NCBI GenBank assembly: GCA_047495785.1
Contig: JBLDXI010000001.1
Span: 1,116,001-1,180,000 of the forward strand
Direction: 5' to 3'
Origin: Lepidodermella squamata
Lineage: Eukaryota > Animalia > Gastrotricha
DNA: 64,000 nucleotides
Shown: piece after piece, positions 1 through 10,568 of the stretch
Layout: each line of letters starts with the position of its first letter
Numbering within the stretch: position 1 is the first letter of the stretch
Notes under the pieces: generated by a model
What the model was told of the DNA's origin: nothing
The model's input: only the letters and a program-made list of their open reading frames with translations
Database searches by the model: none
Position numbers and translations under genes: made by a program

Positions 1-929
1 GTCGCGCCGATTTTCGCGTCTATCGACACTGGCGATGTAAATGATTTCAAAGCAAAATTCAACTGCCACTTCGCCGCATCTGGATGCGAATCGCCATCAG
101 CCTTGTTTCTCGCCGAGTTGTTCCATTATTCGATCGCTGCTGGTCAGCTGAAAATTGCACAGTTTCTCCTCGACGATTATCTAGTGCCTGTTGACGCTTT
201 GAATCCAGTCAACGATCGAACGTTACTCCAGGAGGCGTCGGAGGTTGACAACTTGGCCATAGTTCGATTTCTAGTCAGAAACAAGGCCAATCCACACTCG
301 AAAAGCCTGTCTCCGCTCGATCGTGGCATGACTGCTCCACATCTTGCTGCTTGGAAAGGACATCTACATATTCTTCAATTTTTCTTCAACTTTTACAAAG
401 GTGATTTTTAAATAAAACTATTTAAAACCCCACCTTAAATAATTTGTGTGTGATTTCAGATAGCGAAGCCGACATCGAGAAATTGGTTTCGATGCAGACA
501 GATTTTGGCGCCGATGTTTTACTTGTTGCGGCTATTTTCGGTCACAAGTTCGTAGTCAAATACCTGCTGACCGAAACGTCTGTCAATCCGCTATCGAATA
601 ATTCTACCGGCACGACAGTGGCTCACATTTTCGCTCAGGAACGCTGGACAGGAATGATGCGCTATCTAATTGAAGCCCATGGAAGCCCGGAGCTGCTTCT
701 AGCTACGAACAACCGAGGCGCCAACCCACTGCATTTCGTTGTGTCGGGCACGGAAAACGGCAGGCTAAAGTACTGCTACGATATTCTCGAATTATTGCTT
801 AATTACGCCCCGCAGTTGCTGATCATGAAAGACAGAAAAGGCCAGACTCCCATTGACCTGGCTTTCAGAACCGGAATCGCTGATTTGGCTGGATATTTGG
901 AGCGCAGGAAATTAACTTGCGGCATTTAA
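1..929 (+). CDS. Ankyrin-repeat protein, 5' end outside window; 2 exons visible (intron 401..459)
   Basis: Frame open from base 1; ankyrin motifs (GMTAPHLAAWKGHLHIL, GANPLHFVV, GQTPIDLA); a GT..AG intron joins the two ORFs in frame (YK-D-SEAD). Confidence 0.9.
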
Positions 930-1023
930 AAAGCGATTAAAATGCTCAAAGACTTGATTTTTTATTTCAATTTTGATTTTGGTTTTCATGGTAATAAAAT
1001 TCGCTTGCTCATCACTGGGTCTT

Positions 1024-2037
1024 TCAAACATTGGTCAGGTTAAAAAAATTCTTCAGCCGAGTACACTTCACCCGCGTTGGATGTAAGCTGATTAGCTTCT
1101 CGTTCATATGATCGTAATGGCGAGCTGAAATATTCGAAGACTCGAATTTTAATGGAAGGAAAAAAAACAAATTGTAAATTTACCTTGACAGAGCCCATAT
1201 TTCGGGTAAGTAGATTTGAGCACAGTTTTCGGGTCGTTAGGTACAAAAACACTCAAGGCCGATTCAAAAACTGATTGTTGGAGCGGGAAAATCGAATCAT
1301 AACCGAACTTCACCTTCAATTTGCAGTTTCAATTAAAACAATTGATCGTCTATTCTTCAACTGACCCTGGGGAAGTCTTCGTAAGCCACCACGTCGTATT
1401 GATAACCGTAAGGCGGTTTTCGCATGACAAAAATGTCAACAAACGGCCATCGCCAGGTGTAATTGCTTTTAATCTGCCTTGAAACGTCGGGCGATGTCGA
1501 AAAACACTTGATTTTAGACCTGCCGACCGGCTGAAACTCGTAAGATCCGAAAGTTTTCACAAAGTAAACGCTGCGAGCAGTTGAATCGCGTAAATTTTGC
1601 GAAATCAACTGCGTGTTGAAACTACGCTGTTTTCTCGTAAAAGCAGGTAAATCTGTATAGACGGCAAGGTCGAGATCGTCATCCCAGGGTATTGCCACGC
1701 CTGCATGTCGATACCAGCCGAGCAACGAGCCGTAAAATAGCGAAAATTCGAATGTTGCTAAATTTAAAGCTTCGACGCAAGCGCGTAATGTTTCGACGTA
1801 AACTTCTCGATCTTTTCCTCGGAGAACAGGAGCAAAAATTTGCTGCAGCATCGACCGGGTATGATTAACGCGGGTTCTTCCATTATCAGGTCGTTTCGCC
1901 TTGACTTTGACCGATATTTCTATAATATGAACTGGTATTGGTCTCGATTTTTCTGAATTTGTGATGAAAATGAAAACTACGCTGCTAAATGCTGAAAATG
2001 CAATCACTAGTAAACCTAAGCAGCTTATTGTCTTCAT
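1024..2037 (-). CDS. LicD/fukutin-family nucleotidyltransferase-fold protein, type II membrane; 3 exons
   Basis: N-terminal TM; YGSLLGWYRH..IPWDDDLDL and VDIF motifs; splicing two short introns adds IFPLQQSVF..VPNDPKTVL..Y, with stop at 1024-1026. Confidence 0.88.
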
Positions 2038-2588
2038 CTAAAAGAGTCAAGCGACATGACGTTGTGAGAATTTGCGCAAAATAACTTTTATCACCCAGTT
2101 TTTCTCGCGAGGCGCCGCTCATAAATTTAGCACTTTCGCCTGAAATGGGACATTGTTGTAGCAAGCATGTTGTAGCGAGAAGACCGCGCTAGCCTGGCGC
2201 ATTCTCGAGACATATAAACTGAATTAATGAGAACGACTGTAAAAAATTTTTATGATCATGGCTAGGTTTGTTGGCTGAAGAATATCGTCCATTTAGTAAT
2301 CAGTGCAAGGCTTGCTGTCACTAAGGGTGCGCCAATATTGCACCTTCAGCAACGCGCGTTAGAATTGGAGGACGAAAGTAAGTTTGAAAGTTTTTTTTTC
2401 ATTTTCTAGCCCCGCAATTTCCCAAGACTTTCACCCCCTCCCCATCCAAAACCCTCAAATCTCAATGTTCAATTTTATAAAAATTTCCGTAAATTTCTAC
2501 TTCATATTTTTATTATCAATTTCCGGAAATATTCTTCAGTTGCTCTCTGTATTACACAGTATAAATAAAACAAAAAAATTAATCATCT

Positions 2589-3925
2589 CTAAATAAATAA
2601 CAATAAACTCGAGGGCGCTAGTTGTCGGTGTAAAAACGCGAGAGGTATTAGCGTAGAACTGGCTAAAACCGCCAGTAAGGATGATGTAGAGTAGAGGCGG
2701 CGATGGTGAGAAGGCGCCGCCGTGTTGCACAACGGCGAGAAGCAGCACGAATGTTCGACGACAGCTTGAGTAGTCAAGTGCTCGATACCTAAAATTAGAA
2801 AAAAAATCATCATTCAACTAAACTGTTAAATTTAAGATTAGGAATCCAGAATAGGAACAACTTCTGTTCAACAAATTTGGAAAATCTGAATTAAAATTTT
2901 GAAACTAATTTTATTTAAACGATAACCTTGAAAGAACAGTACCTATAATTTCAGAAATCAAACTTTCATAAAATATCCAGTAGTTTTTTTTTTAACTTGC
3001 GCGGCTCATGCAAAGCCATCTCTAAAATGCCCAAGTCAAATTCGAATTTTCTATAATTTTTTAAAGCTGCCCATTGGGGGAAAATGATGGCTTTTATTTG
3101 AATGAAGCGAAAATACTAGGTCAAATTCTTCTAAAATTAAAAAAAATTCCAATTATTGCCCCGACATTTTTCAGCAAATAAGCTATATATTGCTTAGCCA
3201 CCGTATAAACAAAACTTAATGTAAAAATGATCATAATGAAATTTACTTGTGCCGCAGTTGATGCCCTCTCCCTCCTCGAGACATCGTTTCCGCACCGAGC
3301 GCGCATTGTTAGCATAGGTCACCGAAACTGTCGCGCAGCCGATCGGCTGCCGGCGCCGGCCGTTCGCCGTCAACCGCGACGGGCACCGAACCGCGATAGG
3401 CACCGATGGCGCGTAACAGTCATTGCATACGTAACACGACAGGTTTGCAATAGGTGGGCGGCGTTTTCTGCCCAGCGGCTTCCGCGTCGTCACCTCGGGC
3501 GCGCCGACAACACGCGCTGGCCGAGACAGTGACGAGTCATTCTGCGCTAATCTATGCCGGTAAAACAACCCATTCTCGTCATCTCCAGCTAATTCGACAA
3601 CCATGACGTTTTTGTGAATGAATTGCTGCTGCGGGATAGCATCTACAACCGTCGGTTCGACGACATCGAAATCGTCTTCGAAATCGAAAAATTCTTCGCG
3701 ATGGTTATTTTGACTGTTAATGAATATCGGTTGTTGCGGCCCTGTCCTCACGGCATTTATAATTGGTAGTAATACTGAGGAAACGATGAGACTGGTTAAC
3801 AATAAAACCGGTGACCATTTCTTGTCAACAATAGCAGTATTTTTGCTAGAGGTAGGGGACGAGTGGATTAAAATGTTGAGATAGTCGAGTAGCAGCCTGG
3901 TTCGCGATCGCCGTTTCGTCGGCAT
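2589..3925 (-). CDS. Ly6/uPAR three-finger protein (quiver/sleepless-like) with long N-terminal extension, probably GPI-anchored; intron 2789..3246
   Basis: Exon 1 has SCYVCNDC...GC...RKRC...NC; exon 2 has SCCFSPLCN followed by a hydrophobic tail; the splice is in frame. Confidence 0.85.
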
Positions 3926-6497
3926 ATTATTCTCGTGTAAAAAATGCAGTCAGCGATTTATCATTCTATGCGAAAAAAACAGAATACTTAATCAAAAAAT
4001 TTCGTCTGATTTCATCGCGGTAATTAAAATTATTGGAACGCGACAAAAAATAACAAAAGGCCGGAAAGCGGTGGAAAGTTTTGACCATGAAAAAAAATAA
4101 TCGATTGAAAGGTGGTATAATTTAAGCGAGAGAGCTAGCCTATAATAATTTCAGAAAAAAAACATGAAAATTGAAGTTGCGATCGATGGTCGCAAAAAAA
4201 TAAAATGACCGCACCTGTTTTAGACCTCGATTTGAGCTTTTCAGGCTGAACTATTCGAGAAAAATTGTACTGAGAGCGTAGGCAATAAAATTATCTGCCG
4301 CCCTGTGATTTTTGCCCGCGCCAGCGTTTGAGTGGCCGTTGCGAGGTTTTTCAAATCTAATAATAAAAATTCATGAAAAAATATTACTGCGGCGCAGAAA
4401 ATAAAATTTATTGCTGCTTTTAACGCTCATCTTTTCACAAAAAATATAGGACTGATTTGATAATAATTATTATTTACTGCAACAGCTCAGCGATGACTCG
4501 TGATGTCTAAATGAGGGGAAAATTCTGTTCAGACGGTACTACATAGGCCCTGCCCGAAAAAATATCGGATTGATATATCACACGATGAGCAGCGATTATT
4601 GAGGCGGGCCACGCGCGTCGTGGCCGGCTGCTCGCGCGCGCGCGATTTTATCAATAAAATGTAACAGCAATGATAATCGCGCGAGATATCATCTTTTCTA
4701 ATACTAATAATAGCAATAACGATAAGAAACGGCTTTATTTAAGACGTGGCGCGTCGTCAATCGCACGCGCGCGGTCGAGTGTGGTTTAACTCAACGCCGC
4801 GATTCCGGTTCGCCTTTTCAAACATTTTTCGCGCACATCTCGCCAGGCGCGGCTCAGCCATAGATAGCAGCAGCAGCATAGGATTTAATAATCGCAAATA
4901 ATAGCTATGTGACTCATCAGCGTAGTAGTTTGTCGTAGTAGTAGTAGTAGTTCAACTCAAAACGTGCAGGCTGAATTCGAGCCGAATCACGATAGTAGTA
5001 ATCACGATGATGATATACTTAGACATTGACTAACTTGACGGCGGCGCTAAATGGCGCGCATGGGTGAGCGGGTTGTAAGGGGCCCGCCACAAAAAAATTG
5101 AATGATGCGCGCAATCAAAGTTTCGGCACGTTTCAATATTTTTTCAAAGATATTACCGCCTTAGAAATATTACGCATTCCTTACATCAAATACCTTGCCA
5201 CAATTCGCACCGGCAATAAGTGCAATGGATATAGAATTATAACACGCCCAGATGGGTTTCCTACTGAAAACGCGTTAGGAACAGTACTTTTTTTTTATTG
5301 TTTTTGTTTAATGTAAAGCTAATAACTACAGCATAGGATCAGAACGCGGCGAGAAAACATGAGGTTTTCCGATACAGTAATTTAGCGGCTAATAATAGAT
5401 CGCAGGCGCAAAAAGTTGTTACACTTATTTACGCCTGGGGCGCGCGGTTGCGCTTTTTATTAAAAAAAATATGCGTTCCAGTGATTAAAACAATAAACAA
5501 TGAAAGATGTATAATAAGTGCGATCCCCTGCAGGACTTGAATTCATCGTCCGAGTATCAAAAAAAAATGCAACAAAATTTGTGAAGCGTGAAATTTCCAA
5601 CTGCGCAAAAATCAAATCAAAATAACAACGATATCAACTTAACGTGTGAAAACTCTGGAAAAGTTGCGGCGATTTTGTATCAAATTGCATTTTTCCGGCC
5701 TTTTAACCTATCAACGCTGAATCGGTCTATAAGCCTTAGAATAAATAAATAACTGTAAGAGTGTATGCGCGCGGCCTTCCGTAAACATCAAGAGTTTTGC
5801 TGACTTTGTTATGCGCTTAAGTTCTTCAAAATAGCAATACGAAAAATCGGCAGAAATAATGCAGTGAAAAAGCCAAACCGTCTGGCAGTCTATTATTGCG
5901 GCTAGACAGTCTCTTCGGCTGCGGAATTTTTTGCTGTTGTTTTGGCTAGGGTGTATCGTAAGATAAAACAAATTACGGCAACAAAAGAAAATCTTATCGA
6001 ATTTTTGCAATTTTCTGTCACGGAATAAAGGCCACTAATATAGTTTATCTCGACGCTTTCATATCCAATGCGATTCGGAAATGCCTATATTCGTGAGAAA
6101 ATTTGTTTGGAAAGAGGGCTACTATTCGAGAAAAAGTCTAGACATATATGGCTTGAAATGGCTGAATGAAAAAAGTAATATAGGCCTAAATAGTTAACGA
6201 AGCATTAACAAGTCAATTGAATTTGCCGAGATGAATACATGCCTGTTACTGTAAAATGCGGTTTTACCAAAATCGATAACGCTGCTAAAAAAAAACCATA
6301 CAAGAATTGGCTTATCTCGTTTAGAAAATTTGAATATTATTAATAAAAAATTTCAATAAATCAACTTTATTAGCAATAATTCATAGAGCAAGAAATCAAC
6401 GGCGTTGAACCGATCATATTATAAGAAATGCCTTTTCAATTTATTAGAATTGATTATGCGATGATATAAGGCGAAGGTTGATGAATCCAAACAAGTT

Positions 6498-7540
6498 TTA
6501 ATCAGCCAGAATGAGCTCACGCGGAAATTTAGCCTCGACGTAGGCGTTGAAATCAGCTAGCAACTGAGGATCCGTGAAATAGTTTTCCCAATCGCCAACA
6601 GCGCCTTTGCGAATAAATTCTTTCTCCTTCTTCCAAAGTCCCATCTGAAAAATTGGCTTACGAACAAAATTTAGTATGATGCTATATATCAAACCTGTTT
6701 CATTTTCGACCAATTCACAGCCGGATTTGAACGCATATTTTCGACAGTAGCCGCCGAGCAGATACTCGACACCATCGTGTTGTCCAGAGTCACGCCTAGA
6801 AACGAAGCGAGTTTCCTTATCCCAGTCGGCAGGTCCGCCTTCAGCTCTTCGTATCTCAGGAACAAAATCGGAACACCGCTCTGGCGAAGTTGTAAATAGC
6901 TTTCGAGATGGCGGTCATATGGGCCCCATGTCACCTCGCCGGCGATGAAACGGCGCGCGAATTCTTCGAAAGAGCCAGTAAATTCCCAAGCAGGATGCGG
7001 CGCCATTGCTAGGTAATGGTGGTAGTAGGACACAACGGTGTCTTTCGGATCGCGGTAGATGTAAATCAACCGGCCGTTGGCGATGCTTTTCGGTAGCAAA
7101 GTCGCTGGCAGGTGGGTGACTATCTTCCGAGGCCCAGGTTGTTGCGCCAGCTTTTGGATAGCAGCTATAGTAGGCGGTTGCGGAATTTCAAGTAACCCTA
7201 ATTTGTACTCGGCTTTACACTCGATATCGCCGGTTAGAACCATGTAGGTCAAGTAATTTAACCAGTTAGTTCCTGAAATCGAAAGAATTAATTCACTGAG
7301 TTTGATGATTTTAAAGATTTTTTTACCTGTTTTAGGGAAGCTAATGACAAATGTGTCAGTCTCGCGGACTGGAAAATTCGAGATTTCCGGCCAGAAGCCA
7401 GGAAATGATGGGCTCAGCCAAAATCCGCCGTATTGAGAGATGGGCGGACCGCCAATGTGATTACGAAGAGGTTCGAAGACATCCATGTCCATGATATTAG
7501 AAAAGTGAGCTGCCTTTGAATTGTTGTCCTGATTTTCCAT
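6498..7540 (-). CDS. Cytosolic sulfotransferase (SULT1-like); introns 7273..7326 and 6645..6694
   Basis: SFPKTGTNW (after splicing), THLP, YRDPKDTVVSYY, FIRKGAVGDW. Start could instead be the Met at 7591. Confidence 0.93.
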
Positions 7541-9156
7541 CGCAGAAAAATGCTGCTCTTGATTCCTGAAAGCTGCTGACGATGCAGACATGATGAGTAA
7601 CAATTTAGCGTTTAAAATGCGTGGTAGTGTGACCGCGCAGTCGGCGGTATTTATATTCTTCTCAATTGGAGCTGAGCAAACAATACGCGACATCAGAGTC
7701 AAGCGCAGCTGGTCCTCGAATATCTCCGCGACTTCCGCTAGCCTTGTTATCAGATAAAGAGATGTTTGTCAATCGGCGTCACAAGGACTTAGATTAGAAT
7801 TCACCTAGAAATCAGGGACAAACCATTTAGCGAAAGCGCGGCAGCCTTCTTGGAATAGAAGAAATTATTCCTATTTAACACTTTAACTCCCAAAAATAGA
7901 CCGTGAGATCTTACTGCCTTTTACTGCGAAATAAATAAAATTTTGCGGAACCTAAGTGTGATCAAACAAGGTGGAGGGCCGGTTGGCGAGTAAAATTCGC
8001 CCCAGGTGTAAATGAATCTTTGAAATATAATTTTAGTAATTACAGAATGAGATGTTAGAAATTATAAAAAAAATCCCACCCCAGCAGGAATTACAGGCGA
8101 GTCGCTGAAATTCGAAGAAGTTAAAACTATTTTGCGCTAAACAAGCAGTCGCATAGAGATATCCTGGGTCACGTGATTGCGCGCGATTAAAAAAACTCTC
8201 GGTGGTAAATGAGAAGTAACTAAAATAAGCTTTTGCAATTCACGATAATCACCTTGCAGGTTCATTGGATTCAAATTAAAATATTTTTTTATTTCTAAGG
8301 TCAAACGAATGAAACATACTCTTTTCCCTGCAAAATTCCACAACAATTTTTTCCAATTACTTTGCCATCGCCGATTTTAAAAATCAAGTAAATTCCAATT
8401 TTTAATTCTGTTGACAGTAAAACACATAGGCTCAGTAGCTTAGTGGTAGAGCGTCTGTCTCATAAACAGACGAACGCCGTTCATATGTTTTCAAGGCAAA
8501 TTCATACGTGTTTCATAAGGTTGTCATATGAATTGATATCTGGTATGAAAAATACTGTAATTTTCATATGAATATCATATTAGTATTAAATTTAGCAAAA
8601 ATTAATATTAATTTGTAAGTTACATTCATATGAATTTCATATTGTCCTGATTCTCGTCCTGACATACGAATTAGTATGAAATGTTCGAGTAGCGGTCATA
8701 TGAATGTCGTATTACTAGCAACTATATGAAATGTTGCTTCTAGGGTAATATTGATTTAATATGATCGGCTATTCTTAGAAGTTCTGAGCATAGCCGCTTG
8801 TAATTCATATGAAACTTCATATGAAAGAAGACGCTTCTCTTCATATTAAAAAGATGCTTAAGTTTCTACAAATTTTCTGGTAGTAGTGAGATAAACCTCT
8901 GGGGTCATGAGTCCTGCTATTAGGTCCAGTAGGTGTGAAATAAAGAGGTTCGCCTATGCCTCATTTCGCCATTAAACTTGAGTATTCGAAATTTCTTTTG
9001 TGTGCGCCAAGTCGCAATTTTCGCAGCGCATGCACTAATTTCTAAATGCTCGTTTTGATTATTTAGGCGATTTTTTACACCAAACTAATATTTGAATGAT
9101 TCTGTAATGAATACAATTAACACAAAAAGACTGATAAATATAAGAATATCTTGTAG

Positions 9157-9420
9157 CAGAACCAAATTTGCCTGTTGCGGAACCTAATTTTAGATAAGCT
9201 AAAGGTCGCTTTTCGAATATTTCTGCGAAATTCAGGAATTGAATGCATCTTATAGTGAGGAATGCGTCTTAAACAAAATTTTACTCTGAATTTAAAGGTG
9301 ATTTATTTAATCTATTTAAAATTATGCTGATTGATCACTACATTTTTGAAATTTTCCATGAGTGGCTTTAGGCCCCTTGAATATTTCAAAATTTTGTTCC
9401 GGTAAAAGTAAGACTCTATA
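9157..9420 (+). repeat. Dispersed repeat copy (second copy at ~53700..53998)
   Basis: Shared blocks GAACCAAATTTGCC, AAAGGTCGCTTTT, GAATGCGTCTT, GTGGCTTTAGGCCC and TAAAAGTAAGAC in the same order. Confidence 0.75.
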
Positions 9421-9652
9421 AGTAGCATCCAATAAATACAACGCAATAAATAAAACAGAACATACAATGAACGATATTGGGAACTGGGAAGCATAGATAC
9501 TAGGCGCCCCCTGTGAGTACCATGGATGACCGGATACCTGTTTCCAACTGCTCTATGAGCAGTGCAAGCTACATGATTTGCCCTCTGAAGTTTGAAAACT
9601 GGAAAAAATCTTGAAACTCATATACCCCTATTAACATCCACCGTATAATAGC

Positions 9653-9724
9653 GACGACGTGGTCTAGTGGTAGCGCGTCGCTCTTAAAGCCAAGGCGACC
9701 CGGGTTCGACTCCGACCTACGACG
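9653..9724 (+). ncRNA. tRNA-like Pol III unit (degenerate tRNA or SINE head) nested in the TIR element
   Basis: A box TGGTCTAGTGG and B box GGTTCGACTCC at tRNA spacing; stems imperfect. Confidence 0.55.
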
Positions 9725-10568
9725 TAAGTAAATTATCCCTTTCGATTTATTCATATTTAGTTCTGAGCCACCTGGAACCCATCTCAAGATTCCCTTCACC
9801 TCCTGATGACATGGGTGTCACCTTGGAGCCCCCAAGTAGGTGTCCCTTGGCATGGCCCAGGTGGCGAGCACTTCTTTTGATTATTCATATGACAACCGTA
9901 TGAAATTCGGTTTTTTGGTTAATATGATTCTAATGACGTGATTAATATGAATGTCATGTGAATTTCGCGGAAAATTCATATGAATTTTTCCCGAAATTCA
10001 TATTACATTCAGGACATTTTACCATATGAATGTCATATGAATTGTAAGGCATGATTAATATGAATTTAAGCGTATTTTAATATGACAGTAATATGACCGG
10101 CGTTCGTCTGGGAGAAGATCACGGGTTCGATTCCCGCCTGGGCTTTAAGGGCAATTTCCTGTACGGACAATTGGGGACAACGATAATAATAGTGTGGCAC
10201 AAATATTCAAGTGGGTCAATTTTTTGGACAAATCGATGACAGTTTGCCACATCCGTAATAGTGGCGTATAGCTCAGACCTCAGACGACTGAGTAACATTC
10301 CGCTCGCTCTACGCCAGAAACGTGCGCAATTTACAAAGCCGAATGAGCCTTGTAATTGCTCTCCAGGCTTGTACTATGGACAGTTTGACAAATTGAATGC
10401 ATTTAAGTTGAACTGTCACTTCCGATTGACAAGATATTGCATCCGCTATTAGAGTCGAATGAAAGGGGAAGTTCGAGAAATGTTCACACCAACGAAAATT
10501 CCGGTCAGACACAATTTAGCTTTTTATATTATGCTGGGCAAATTTTGAAAAAACATACGAGTTGAAAC

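Larger units (their letters stand above)
8467..10112. mobile_element. Non-autonomous TIR DNA element (~1.65 kb) with subterminal CATATG-repeat arrays
   Basis: Left CAGACGAACGCCGTTCATAT vs right ATATGACCGGCGTTCGTCTG(GG) (19/20 inverted match); many ATTCATATGAAT-like motifs near both ends; no transposase ORF. Confidence 0.8.
8429..10145 (+). pseudogene. tRNA-Thr(CGT)-derived pseudogene split by an insertion (5' half 8429..8470, 3' half 10113..10145); anticodon mutated to CAT
   Basis: The two halves rejoin to a near copy of the intact tRNAs at 20341, 26995 and 29494. Confidence 0.9.

Noticed and set aside
1024-2037. Bacterial LicD acquired by recent horizontal transfer
   Set aside because: It has spliceosomal introns and a type II TM like animal LicD/fukutin-family genes; no support for transfer without a phylogeny.
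7273-7326. 18-aa insertion in the sulfotransferase PAPS loop
   Set aside because: It is a 54-nt stop-free intron.
7629-7640. Antioxidant-response element GTGACCGCGCA upstream of the sulfotransferase
   Set aside because: A single degenerate match that could occur by chance.
8429-8470. tRNA-Met(CAT) or a natural split/intron-containing tRNA
   Set aside because: The body is that of the Thr(CGT) copies; the insert is 1.6 kb with TIRs and is not at the canonical 37/38 intron site.
8480-10095. CRISPR-like array from CATATG repeats
   Set aside because: Repeats are short and irregularly spaced in a eukaryotic context with no cas genes; they fit transposon subterminal repeats.
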